Shown here: positions 50,883 to 64,000 of the stretch, in pieces | How the letters are laid out: each line of letters begins with the position of its first letter | How positions within the stretch are numbered: position 1 is the first letter of the stretch | Origin: Azolla caroliniana | Lineage: Eukaryota > Plantae > Polypodiophyta | NCBI GenBank assembly: GCA_043228905.1 | Contig: JBHGNT010000009.1 | Span: forward strand, 7,874,001-7,938,000 | DNA: 64,000 nucleotides | Reading direction: 5' to 3' | Position numbers and translations under genes: made by a program | The notes under the pieces: model-generated | What the model saw: only the letters and a program-made list of their open reading frames with translations | What the model was told of the DNA's origin: nothing | The model's database searches: none

Positions 50883-53800
50883 TACTAGTTGCTTGTGCCC
50901 CTTGGAATATTGTAGGGTCATGCTACCATTTGCTATTTGTAGGGTAATAATATCAAGATTAGAATATCATAAATTATAATATTATTAAGTACAATATTGT
51001 GGTGTGCATGTGTTTTATGTGCATTTCACAATATAAATAGGCCAATTATTAAGTTAGTGTTTTCTTGTAAGAGGTTATGGGTTCAAGTCACCCCAAAGCT
51101 TATGGGGTTTTGTCTACTCATGACACCCTTAACATTTCTAAACTTATGTTAGCAAAAAACATCGATGTCAAGCAAATTACTCGGATCTCTATCATTAGAA
51201 AAATTAAGAATCGATTAGATAGGCATATATAGTTACATCAACACTCCAAGGTAAGAGTTGGGTTGGCACCCCTTCGGGAAACTTAATTCAAATTAGCAAC
51301 AATAATTCAATTCATTATTCTATGGGAGAATACAAGATATCATTCTTGTTGGATGATGTTTGAACTTTTGTAAATATTGAAGAATCTTGTTGTTGAGGGT
51401 TAACTACCTCAACTCTACGAAAATTTAACTCCAACTTTAACACGAGTTGTATAAAGAGTTAAGAAACACACAAGAAGGTTGCAATTTGTCATTGTCTAGA
51501 ATTCTCATATGAGGAACCTCAATTTTGTGTGGCTATTATGACGGAATGTGAAAACCAATAGACCATGTGACAAAGCAATATTATCAATATCTTAGTCTAC
51601 TTGTGATCTTTGGTCAAATCAATGATGTTACATTTCGTTTTGATCCGGATCCACATATGCATCTCAACACAATTTTATATCTTGCACTGTTGTAAGTTGT
51701 AACAATATGTGTTAGCTCTAGTGTAGATCAACTTCTTCTGTCTCCACCTTTATTTCAACTTGTTCATGCCCTTTGAAGTCGAGGTTGTTTTAGACTCCAA
51801 GGTTGTCTATTACAATACCTCTAGGATTAGTTATATGATAACATCAATAATCATACTAAGAGCACTTGTTGAAAATATTCCCAATGCACTAAAGCTTTTG
51901 GTTATTGTTCATTGCTAATATCTTCATAGGTCAAGTTCCAATTCATGTATTTTTTCCCCCAAAAACCAATTCATGCATTACGATTTGTGGAACTCATCGT
52001 CAAAGCAGGGGGATGATGTCATGACATCAAAAAACGTCACAGGTTTTGGGGGACTTGAAACCCTAACATCTGTCCTATATTTAGCTTCATTATGTTCATA
52101 CATTCATGGATTGTAACATCTTATACTATAATTATTATGACACTCCTAGCTATGCATGATCGGTAAATGGCGTGAATGCACTTAACTGAGTGGTGATCAA
52201 GCATGATAGAGAAATGGCAACCATGCATAGAACAATAGAGCACTGTATAGAGAAGGTATTTTATAGTAAAATAGTTCATGTTTAACACCAATCTTTGGCA
52301 TATCTTTGTAAATGGTCTCTTTACAATACAAATTTCTTTTCTTCTTAATCTACTATCCAATTGACTCTAGTTTTTTATTTTAATCCACAGTATAACTAAT
52401 AGATATATTTTACTGTCAATTCAACCCTAAGGACATTATGGGTATGGATTCATCCACTCTCTTAACCTCATCCACCACCACTCTTAATCTTTTTATGTTC
52501 CACCATTGCTATTGGAAAGTCTAATAGGTTGTCTTGCACATAGCTCCATGGCCCATGGATAGACACATTCACATTCTTGTGTCTACACCTTTGGCACCTA
52601 CCCTCGACTCAAAACACTTTCATTAACATCACAACTCTATATTAAAGAACATGTCCACTCACATGATAATATACATTTGGGAAAGCTTCATTGGCATAAA
52701 GTTGATCACCAAACGATGAGATGAACATGAAGTTGATTTAGTTCATAACAAAAGTGATAGTAGATATAAGGTAACTACAAGTAGGTAGATAGGAAGGTTC
52801 AAAAGTGAGAATGCAAAATCTTTGTAAGTCACAAATGTCTTGCTCCTCCATTTGATTTCAGTAGTCCTTGAAGCTAAAAGCAAACATTCAATAAACCTTG
52901 CACCTAGGAATCGGCAATGCTTCGGTTTCAATTAGCCGGTTTGGTTTTGACAAAAGCAAACTAATTAAGTCTTAACCACGTTAGGAGTTTTCTAATTTGA
53001 ACCAAACCAATCTAGTAGATCCGTAAACCGGTTTGGCAAGGCTCAAGCCGAATCCAACTAAGCTCAAACTAGTTTACGAAGTTCAAGCTTGAATCGAGTT
53101 GTTGAGTTATTAAACCACTGAACCGTTTAAAAAAAGTTCAACGGCTCAGTTTTGGTTTGAGTCGAGCTATTGCCAACTCCTATTCGCACATGGCCAAGGA
53201 GTCAATATTCAAGCAATAACTCACAACCTAATTGTAAGACTTCACAAAATGAATGACCGACGACGATGCTCTCAGTTAAACAAGTTTTATATTCTATATG
53301 TAAATTCACACATTAAAATAAAAAGCAAAACTCTTTCCCCTTTCTTACTATCCTTCCATTTCCATATATAATGATGATGATCACACCATAAACTCTCTCT
53401 CTCTCTCTTGGTGAAAACACACAATTATATTAATAAATGTGTGTAAAAAACACTACTTACAATAGGTGTGACAATGGAGTATGGTCACCCATTAACTACA
53501 CTACACGGGTAGTGGAACATGTTGAATTTCCAATAGGCAAGACGAACACTCCACCGAGGAAAGAATTTCCACTTGCTCCAATAAAGAAAATTGTCACATT
53601 AGTACTCCCTTCAATTTTCGTAGATATGCTTTCACTCCATGTCTATCTTCGAATACAAAAGCGTTGCGCATATTCCAATTATGACGCAATCCCCAATATC
53701 TCAGAAATAGAAAAACGATCTCCATCTCTGATATTGGGTGTAAATTGTGCAAACACCCACTATCTAGGTGTCAAATAACATCGTGATAAAACTTGCCAAA

Positions 53801-55817
53801 TTTGAGAAATGTAACTTCAAATCGGACAAGCAATCAGACATTGTATAAATCGATGAGTACTATCTTCCATTTGAACAGTGCAAAAGAAACAATTACCCGT
53901 TGCTAATCCACGATGCTTTGGAGCTCATTCCAAAGGCAATCCTCTAATCAAAACTCTCCAAATGAAGACCTTTGCTACAAGTGGCAATTTAGAATGCCAA
54001 CTATGTTGTAAGATCTGCCACCACCCATGATCAAATTTGTGTAATCTCCATGCTTCTTCAGCCTTAGATGATAACCATCCAAGAGACTCAACAAAGCAAT
54101 TATACAAAAGATTAGTAGTCACTTGTAACAATGATGTTTGACCCTTTAAAAACCAATCAAGCCACGATTGTTCTCCTATTTGTAGGGGTAAGGGACCTTG
54201 CATCAATGCAATATTTTGTAGTTGTTGCCAAATAAACCCATAATTAGGCGGAATGCGTAATAATTGTCACGCTTCAGCAAACTCCAAAATTCTTTGAGAT
54301 GGAGCCTCAACTATATATCCCACCTCTTTGACCCCCAAACGAAACAAACGATTAAATTGAGAGCACAATCTCTCCTTTCCTGGCCAACATAATAACCGAG
54401 AAGACACAAGCAACTCTTTTTGCAAATAATTACAATGCTCTCTACTAGATGATGGTTTCCATACACATAACAAGAGTGCTTCTTGCCATGAGGTAACCAA
54501 GTGTTGAACACATGTAGAGCCCGGAATCCTAAGTAAAATACATCCATTCAATAATTGCCACCATGAAGCCTTAATCATTATCCTCCCATGTGTTAAACCC
54601 TTGTTCTCAATTAAATATTGAACAATAGATATCCATGGTTGTGAGTTTGAACACATATCTTGTAATAATGAAAATCTACGACCCATCATATGCTTAGATA
54701 AGTTCAATATTCCACCCCCCCCCCCCCAAGCGCTTAGGGGTTGCTAGATGATTCCATGCAACCCAAGTGATTCCCATCTTATCCCTCTTCTTCCACAACA
54801 AATATCCAAGAGGTTGCAAAATAGAATGCAAATTGGTTTCATACGAGCATCCCCTTCTCAAGATTCTCTCGTGAGGCTTGTAGAAACATGAAAGAATCAT
54901 CAGCCAAAGCTTGTGCTACTAGTTGCCCTCCAGACGAAAGGGGTAGACCCACAATATCACCATTTGTTGCAAGCTTGGATAGCATCACTAACAAGGGATG
55001 AGTAATAAGAGCAAACAACAATGGACTAATGGGGCATCCTTGACGAACGGATCTTGTGAGGAAAATATCTGATGTTACAACTCCCCCATTAAGCATTACT
55101 CGAGACATCGCATCTTATCTTAATAAAAATATGAGGCGAGACATACGAGGTCCAAAGCCGATTGTATGCATTAACCCAAAAACAAAGGACCGATTAACAT
55201 GATCATAAGCTTTCTCCAAATCTAATTGCACCATAATCAATTCTTGATGAGTGTTTCGAGCATAATCCACGGCCATTTGAACATTCAACACATTATGCAA
55301 TATATTCCTACCTGCAATAAAACCATATTGGGCGGGATGTATCAACTTTGGCAAATACTTTTGTAATCCATTTGCCAAGAATTTTGTAAATATCTTATAC
55401 AACCCCCCCATCAAAGAAATAGGTCTCCATTGATGAAATGACTCTAGAGATGCCACTTTTAGAATTAATTTAATTAGACCAACCTTCCAAGCTTGAGGCA
55501 TACGACTAGAATCCCAAGAATGTTGAAACATCAAAGTTAAGGGTCCCTTTAAAATGTTCGAATATCACTTAAAATTTTCATTTGTCAAGCCATCCCAACC
55601 AGGGCTCTTACCACTAGGAAGATGCCTTAAAACTTTGTCCACCTCATCCTCAATGAAATCCGCATCCAATTCATGACTAATGAGGTCATGCACAATACAT
55701 CCAACCACATCATAAAACTCATGACGTGCTCTACTCACCTCATTTGTCATTAACAATTGTGGACCAATCAACTCCTTAAAGTAATGAACACATATGTCAA
55801 TTATTGTAGTAGGATCC

Positions 55818-56143
55818 TGTTGAGCGGCAAGCTCAACCGGAGCCGGATCGGCTGAATAAGCCGGAGCCGGTAAGCGAGACGGATCGGGCGAAACGGATCA
55901 GTATGACGGTGAGCAACCGAACCGGCAAGCAATGGAGGCCGGGTGCAATCCGTAACCGGCAGACCAATCGGAAGCCTAGAATAGGATAGACTACTAGGTA
56001 TCTATAGTCTCATAGTAAGTGTCAGATGCTCGTGTGAGCATTGAAGTACATGGTACTTCTGTCAATCCCAAGAGGACTTGTATAAATAGTGCTACTTAGC
56101 ACAGTGTGTATGTGCGGTGCCTTTATATAATTTTGAAAAATTA

Positions 56144-56188
<45 letters not shown>

Positions 56189-59100
56189 GTTCTCTGTTTT
56201 ACGCTTCCGCAAACACTTACGTTTACATGGTATCAGAGCGCGAGGGTTGAGAACCTGTGCTGCAGACATTTACTCTTGAGAAGAAAACCCTAACAGGTCG
56301 AGAACAGACACAGTAGAAGACATGGATAGAGGCATGGCTACGTCGCTCTCGATGGAGAAGCTCGACAGGAGCAACTACGCATCCTGGTCCTACAAGATGC
56401 ACCAGTACCTGCTTGGACACGGGTACTGGAGTTATGTCGAAGGAGCGAATGATGCGGCGCCAGACTCGGCACACAAGGACTTCCCGATATGGGAACAGGC
56501 GGCAAGCAGGGTGATGTACTGCTTTGCGTCCAGTGTCGGCGATCAGCTGCTCAACCACATCCGTGACGCCAAGACACCGAAGGATGCTTGGGGGAACCTG
56601 AAAAAGGTTTTTGCCGCAAGCACCACTGCCCGGAAGCTGCAACTCAGACAGGAGTTGAGCAACGTTCGACAAAAGAACATGTTTGTGGCAGACTACACGG
56701 GCCAGATAAAGGAGATCTGCGACTTGCTCGCCTCTATCAATGTTACCGTAGAGGAAGACGAGATGGTGCAGGTATGTCTCGGAGGCCTGGCGTCCAAGTT
56801 CGGAGCGTTCCGGACTACGATGTGTACAAGGGAGAATACTCCCTCATTCTTCGACTTACAGTCGATGCTCCTTGTAGAGGAGAACCACGCCGGTGCATCT
56901 ACCAGTGCATCCCCAGACAGCCGAATGCTGTACACGGGAACGGATCGGCACGGTGGGCGTGGTGGAAGAGGTGGGTCGGCACGCAATGGAGGCGGTCGGC
57001 AAGAGCAGGAACGGAGGCACTATGAGTGTGCCGACAGCAGTTCCGGGACTTCCACAAGCAGGGGGAGTCAAGGCGGTGCCGGAGGCCGGCAAGACAAATC
57101 CGCTACGGAATGCTGGTACTGTGGCAAAAAAGGCCACAGGGAAAGCGAGTGCTGGAGAAAGCGTACCGATTCGGACAAATCCGGATCCGGCAAGACCGGT
57201 AAGGATGGCCGGCAAAACTCGCACTACGCAAACGGATCAGGAGGATCCGGAACCGGAAAGGCCGGTAAGGGGCCAGCCTTGGTGATGAATCACAAGGTAA
57301 ACTCAATGAAGAAGACCACTTCCAAAACGGAGGAAGTGTGGTATGTTGATTCCGGTGCGTCGAACCACATGACAAGCCACAAAGAGTGGTTCTCCTTTCT
57401 GGAGAAACCGGATCAACCAGGAGTAGTCGAAACCGGAGACGGCACTCCTCACCCAATTGTGCACGTCGGAGAAGTCCCTCTAAGCCACGTCGGACAGAAA
57501 GGGAAGCTGATGAACGTATTACACGTTCCGACAATCACGAAGAACCTGGTGTCCGTCGGTCAGATTGTCGACCAGGGGATGCAGGTGCGGTTTACGCACT
57601 TCGGGTGCTTCATTGAGGATGAGGGCAAAGTCATTGCGCAAGGGCACAGAGACGGGAGGATGTTTATCCTCGACACCAATGACGTTGGCACCGCTCTGTT
57701 CACAAAACGACAGAAGGTGGAGTCGGACATCGACCTGTGGCACAAGCGGATAGGCCACGTCAACTACCGGAGGCTTCAAGATCTGCAAACGAAACAAGTC
57801 GTTTTCGGTTTGCCGGAGAGCCGAAATTTGTGAAGCCTGCCAACTTGGGAAGCAACACCGGCTTCCATTCCCCACCGAACGGAACCGGAGCCGTAACAAG
57901 CTCAATCTCATCCATTCAGATGTGTGGGGACCGGCACAAAGTGTAAGCCTTGGCGGGAGCCGATACTTCGTCTCCTTCATCGACGACTATACTCGGCATA
58001 CTTGGATCTACCTCATTGAGCGGAAGAGCGAAGTATTCGACTGTTTCCGGAGCCTCCAGAAGATGGTGGAACGGGAATCGGAGAGGAAGATCAAATGCCT
58101 TCGGTCGGATGGCGGAAAGGAATATTTTTCCGGCCAATTCACTAGTTATTTGCAGCAGAAGGGAATTCGGCGAGAGTTCAGCTGCAGATACACACCGGAG
58201 CAAAACGGTGTGGCCGAAAGGAAGAACCGGACACTCGTCGAAGCGGCAAGGACAATGCTAGAGGAGAAGAGCATGCCCCGGTTCTACTGGGCGGAGGCGG
58301 TCCGAACGGCCGTCTACATACAAAACCGCATTGGTGACAAGGTGTCAGCTCATGAGCTGTATTTCGGGCGCAAGCCGAACTTGAGACACCTTCGGATATT
58401 CGGCAGCATAGCGTATGTGCATGTGCCGGATCAGAAGCGGAGAAAGCTGGATGCAAAATCAGAAAAATGCATCCTAGTCGGCTATCCTGAAGAGCAAAAG
58501 GGGTATAAGTGCTATAACCCCCGGACGAAGGAAGTCCGAGTTAGCCGGGATGTCAAGTTCGACGAATCGGCATCCTGGTACTCCGTACCGACTCCGACTT
58601 CCGATCCCGACCCAATGCCGGAAGATCAGGCCAGTGAGCCTGAATCAGCCCTGGCAGAGGATGATGAAGCCGGGACTCAAGATGAGAGTCCGGAATCGTT
58701 ACGGTTGAGTGGACCAAACGAGCGACTGAGTCGGTTGGACCAGTCAGATGAAGAGACGACAAGTGGTGGAGACTCTGCCGTGCTCTCCCCGCGCAAGGAA
58801 CCGAGGAAACGGTTCACGCGCAAAGAGAAGGGGAAGAGGAAGATGCCGGAATTCAAAACCGGCAACGATGAGTCGGATCGGTGCGTATCCGACTCCGGAA
58901 AGGAGAAAGGCAGATCTTCGGCAACGAAGACCGAACTGGCCAAGAAGGGCCTCACATCAGGTGACAGTGTGTTGCGCCGATCAACCCGTCAGAAGGATCC
59001 TGTCGTGTGGTACGGGTACAATGAATACATGGCGCATCATTATGCGTACATGACTAAGGTGACAGAAGTGCGCGAGCCGGAGAGCTACGCAGAAGCGGCA

Positions 59101-61670
59101 AAGGACGCAAACTGGCGTGCCGCTATGGACGAAGAAATGCGGGCACTCAATGCCAACGAAACTTGGGACCTAGTTGATCCTCCCCGTCACTGTAAATCGA
59201 TCGGATGCAAGTGGGTGTACAAGGTCAAGTACAACGTCGACGGTTCTGTTAACCAGTACAAAGCCCGGTTAGTGGCGAAGGGATGCGCGCAAACCCACGG
59301 AATCGACTACGATAAGACCTTCGCTCCTGTGGCGAAGATGACGACGGTTCGTGTGGTACTGGCGGTTGCTGCGGCAAGGGGGTGGCATCTTCACCAGATG
59401 GATGTGAAGAACGCCTTCCTTCAAGGAGAGCTTGAAGAAGAAGTCTTTATGACTCAGCCCCCCGGATTTCACTCGGAGATGAACAAGTCAGCGGTATGCC
59501 GACTGAAGAAGTCGCTTTACGGCTTGAAGCAAGCCCCCCAAGCCTGGAACGTGAAGATCACGCACCGGTTGCATAAGCTGGGGTTTGCTGTCTCTAAGTC
59601 GGACTCTTCGTTGTTCATCCGGCAAGGCTCTGACGGTCCGGTATGTATACTCTTGTATGTGGATGATTTAGTCATCACCGGACCAGGTCTTCCCGAAATC
59701 GACCGCGTCAAGTCCCAGTTGTCGGTCGCATTCGAAATGAAGGACCTGGGGGACCTTCATTATTTTCTTGGGATCGAAGTGATCCGGAGCCCCGACGGCA
59801 TATTGCTCTCACAACGACATTACGTGTTGAATATGTTGTATAAGTTCGGCATGACGGATTGTCGACCTGTCTCCACACCCCTGGACCGAAACCAGAAGCT
59901 CCGTCCCAACTCCGGACCGGCCTGCAATGAGAAACGGTTCCGACAGGTTGTCGGAAGCCTGATCTACTTAACCATCACCCGACCCGACATCAGCTATCCG
60001 GTCAGGATGGTAAGTCAGTTCATGCAGAAGCCGACCCTGGAGCACCTTCAGTGCGCGCAAAGAATATTACGGTATGTCAGCGGCACTAAGGACCGGGGAC
60101 TGCTATACCGGCGAGGTATACCCGAAGAGCTTGTCGGTTACACCGATGCTGATTGGGCCGGCGATGCGTCTGATCGCCGCTCCACTTCCGAATACATGTT
60201 CTCCATAGGTAGCGCGGCCGTTGCGTGGAGCAGCAAGAAGCAGCCCACAGTGGCTTTGTCAAGCACTGAGGCTGAGTACCGGGCCGCTACCGTTGCCACT
60301 TGTGAAGCCAGCTGGCTTCGGCGACTGTTGCGAGACTTGCAGATCGAGGTGCCGACCCTGATCCCGATTTACTGCGATAACATGAGCAGCCTGTAGCTCG
60401 CCAGGAACCCTGTGTTCCATGCTCGCACAAAGCACATCGAGGTGCACTACCACTTCGTGCGTGAGCAAGTCCTGAGCGGTGAAGTTGACCTACGGTATGT
60501 TCATACGGATCTGCAAATTGCCGACATCTTCACCAAGCCGCTCGGATCGGACAAGTTGCAGCACTTTACCGACATGCTTGGTATTCAGCATCTCGACGTG
60601 CCGCACTTGAGGGGGAGAAGCAAGGGCAAAGTCTCTACCGAAACGGGCAAAGGCCAAAAACCTGTTGAACCCGTCGGTAAGAGGAGAGCCGGAAGAAGAG
60701 GAGACAAGAAGCTGAAGGAAGCCGAGTTGACGAAGGAAGTCGACACATCCGAACAGGTCGGAGGAAGCGGTTGTGAAGAAGAGATGTGCACTCAGGAAGA
60801 GAAGCGCATGCTGTGCGGAGGTCATCACGATGGTACTGACCATGATACAGAGTCGAATGAAGAATTCGATTTCGGTTCACCGGCTGAAGAAGCCGAGGGA
60901 AGCATGGAGAAGGCCAAGACTCGGAAGTGGTCCGATGTGGTGAGAGGCCTGACGCCGGAAGTCGAATCGGGGTGTACCGATTCGGGCAAGAGCTGGAACG
61001 AGTCGGAGACAGCTGACTCGGATCAACAGATGGATCCGGATGAGACGGATCGACTGAAGGCCAAGGGGACACGGACACAGCGGAAGTCGATGCCATCGTG
61101 GGAGAACCGACGGATCGGCAAGCGCCGGAGTCACAGTAACGTGACTGCTGAGATGGGCCTATTGAGCAGACATATTGACCGAGAGGGTCGAGGCGCACAG
61201 AACCAAAGGGGTCGCGGCAAATGGGACTGGACCAGACGAGGAGCGCGAGCAAGGCGGAGTGACGCCAGGAGAAGTCGCTTGGAAGAACCGACTGCCACAG
61301 AGGTCGACACTACGACCCCACCTCAGGTTGAGCTTGAGGGGGAGTGTTGAGCGGCAAGCTCAACCGGAGCCGGATCGGTTGAATAAGCCGGAGTCGGTAA
61401 GCGAGACGGATCGGGCGAAACGGATCGGTATGACGGTGAGCAACCGAACCGGCAAGCAGTGGAGGCCGGGTGCAATCCGTAACCGGCAGTCCAATCGGAA
61501 GCCTAGAATAGGATAGACTACTAGGTATCTATAGTCTCGTAGTAAGTGTCAGATGCTCGTGTGAGCATTGAAGTACATGGTACTTCTGTCAGTCCCAAGA
61601 GGACTTGTATAAATAGTGCTACTTAGCACAGTGTGTATGTGTGGTGTCTTTATATAATTTTGAAAAATTA

Positions 61671-61725
<55 letters not shown>

Positions 61726-61764
61726 GTTCTCTGTTTTACGCTTCCGCAAACACTTACGTTTACA
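55818..61764 (+). mobile_element. Full-length Ty1/copia element E (LTRs 55818-56227 and 61345-61764, PBS 56228-56240, PPT 61336-61344)
   Basis: Highly similar TG...CA LTRs; flanks GATCC/GATTC; TGGTATCAGAGCG. Confidence 0.96.
56322..61350 (+). pseudogene. Copia gag-pol with a small frameshifting deletion (about 57815), one stop (60394-60396) and a long C-terminal extension
   Basis: ORFs 56322-57833, 57922-60396 and 60412-61350; CWYCGKKGH knuckle, WYVDSGAS, RSDGGKEY, LLYVDDL, DADWAG. Confidence 0.94.
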
Positions 61765-64000
61765 GATTCACTATCCATTCATCCCCTTTCTTCACATGTA
61801 CCACATTAGATCGAGTATAAGTAGGATGTAATGCTTGGAAAAACAAATGAGATTGACATTGATTATCTATGAGCCCATCCCTCAATTGTTGCATCTTCGC
61901 ATAACGATAACTTTGGCATTGCAACTGAGAAATAATAACATGCAATTGACTTTAGATATCTAAAAGCTCCTCGTCTAATGGTGCATGTATCAATAATGCA
62001 TTACACCTAGAGAGAACTTGTGAGAATTGTTGAAGAAGACCTCTTCTTCGTTGAGCATTAGTTACTCCATACATACAATGAATGATCTTAATGTTTCGTA
62101 ATGTGATATCCCATGCGTTAACTCCTTTAAGATTCACTTCTTATGAAAAATTTACCAAAATTTGCTCCATGAGAGAATCAAAGTGAGGTTGAAGCAAAAG
62201 AGAAGAGTTAAAGCGTAATGGAGGCTTTCCAAGTAAAGACTTATACATGTCAATTGCATGACCACAAACCTCCAAACAAATAGGAAAGTGATCTGAAGTT
62301 CCTACATCTTGTAAAATTGTCATACGAAGTGATGTCGGTAAAAAAGAATCATTGTGCATCACATACATTCTATCTAACCAACTCCATGTTTGTCTATGTT
62401 GAGCGGATTGGAAAGTAAAACCTGGATCATTCCCATGCAACCATGTCCAAACATCCAACTTCAGAACTTCCATAGCCAATGAATCCCAAGCAAGTTGCTC
62501 AAGATCATCCATGATTGAATGTTCAAACGTAGATTGAGATGCATCAACACACATGTTAAAATCACCCATATCACCCATAAGTAATCCTGGACGACCCACA
62601 CATATAGTTTGATGGAGTGAGCCCTGTAATGCAATACGTTGAGTGGCTTGGTTAGGGGCATAAATCCCAACCACCCACACAACCTCGCCAAAAAAAGTGA
62701 TTTCTAGTTCAACCAAAAACCGACCATAAGGATCATTATGCACCACTTGAGGATAATATTTATCCCGCACGATTAATACCACACCTGAATAATGATTATT
62801 ACGATGTCCTGCATAGAATAATGAATATCCACGCAAATGAACTGTGGATCCTGCTAACTCATGACACTTATGCTGAACTGCACATAATACATCCCATTCT
62901 TTACTTAACAAAGTTTGCCATAATATATACTTGTTATGAGGAGAACATGCCCCTCTCACATTCCATGTTACCACTTTCATTCAATCAACAATGTTATGGG
63001 TGCACTTGCTCCTTCAGAGCAACCGATGTCATGAAACTAGTCAAAGCATGTTCCAATGCTGCATATGGATTTTCATGCACCACATCCTTAGGGCCGTCTG
63101 TCGAAATCTTTTGTTTAGGTTCTCCTGCTTGACGAAAACCTCGAGAATTCGATGAATTTACAACCCATCGCAATGAATCAAATTGAAGGTGTAGGGGTAA
63201 TCCCTTATCCCTAAATTGTCTTTGCCAAGGAACTTTTCGAGGACCCTCCCTAGTTCCTGAATTACCTTTCCAAGTAGTCTCACGATTAGTGGGCAAACTA
63301 TTACGTTGCATATTCATTGATTTCCCCTTCGACTTGCCCTTAACATGATGCCAATCCTTTTCAACAACATCACTACTAGTTCTATCCAACGGTTTTTTCC
63401 CCTTATCTATAACCACCAAACTTTGTTTTTCCATATCCATAGATTGAGCTCCCTTATTCTTAGGGCCCAAGCCTTGAAGTGAAACCTCGTTATAACCCAC
63501 TCTAGATGATGTTCCTTCATCCATAACCACCACAATATCTGACACACCAGCATCTCTCCCAACTCCTTCCTTACCATTCCCTTCATTAGGAACCTCTATA
63601 GTTGAAGGACAATGACGATGGCATTCCGCCATAAAGTGACCCCATTCACCACATCCAAAACAATGACCTGCAAATGTCTCCCACTTCTAGTAAAAGTGGC
63701 CATAAAAAAGCATACTTATAATCCACTGTTACCCAAACGGGGTATTCTTGTTTTAACAAAGCATGATAGTCCACAACGGGGAACCATTGCATTACATGCA
63801 CCAATCGTTTATCAAAAAACATAGGAACTTTAGCCAACAATGCACTTCGATGTTCCGGTGAATGAAACACTACATCATAAAAAACTCATGGTCCTGCATA
63901 TATATTTTCAACACAATTTGATGACACAATTGTGTTCAACCATTGTTTAATCCAATTAATGTATGGGAGTTTCCCAGTAAAAAACAATATAACCGCACGA

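Larger units (their letters stand above)
53410..64000 (-). mobile_element. Near full-length L1-clade LINE (ORF1 62994 to beyond 63900; ORF2 endonuclease 62141-62980, RT and zf-RVT 53800-55800) interrupted by Copia E
   Basis: MKVVTWNVRG...GIYAPN...GDFN...LDRMYV...SDHFPI (APE endonuclease); GKSPGWDG, WRPISL, LDLEKAYD, SVRQGCP, LADD; 13-nt ORF1-ORF2 spacer. Confidence 0.92.

Noticed and set aside
52920-53190. AACCG/CGGTT-rich patch resembling hAT subterminal repeats
   Set aside because: No TIR pair or 8-bp TSD found
56588-59711. Many overlapping and antisense ORFs in Copia interiors
   Set aside because: Expected shadows of GC-rich pol coding sequence; no independent motifs
60412-61350. Envelope-like gene
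   Set aside because: No hydrophobic transmembrane segment, and it is in frame with pol rather than a separate ORF

Overview
Repeat-dense plant nuclear DNA; the element families and gene style suggest a fern or other seed-free vascular plant (inference). There is one host gene: a 4-exon TRM/LONGIFOLIA-family gene (VARLMGL-type motif plus DUF4378) on the + strand at 14793-20601, about 542 aa, with all three introns GT-AG and in phase. Most of the rest is transposable elements: several Ty1/copia elements (two structurally complete, at 33427-38926 and 55818-61764), a decayed chromovirus-like Ty3/gypsy, solo LTRs, four L1-clade LINEs and a TA-flanked pogo/Tc1-mariner-like non-autonomous element. 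A five-level nested insertion spans 28362-45123. The most unusual signal is a group of LTRs with TGTCG...CGACA termini carrying tRNA-like Pol III A-box/B-box cassettes at canonical spacing. Each large LTR has two, antisense in U3, and a 252-bp mini-LTR has one. A second signal is a Copia family whose pol ORF runs past an ancestral PPT into a conserved extension of about 245 aa that stops inside the 3' LTR. All coordinates were read by eye and may be off by a few bases.
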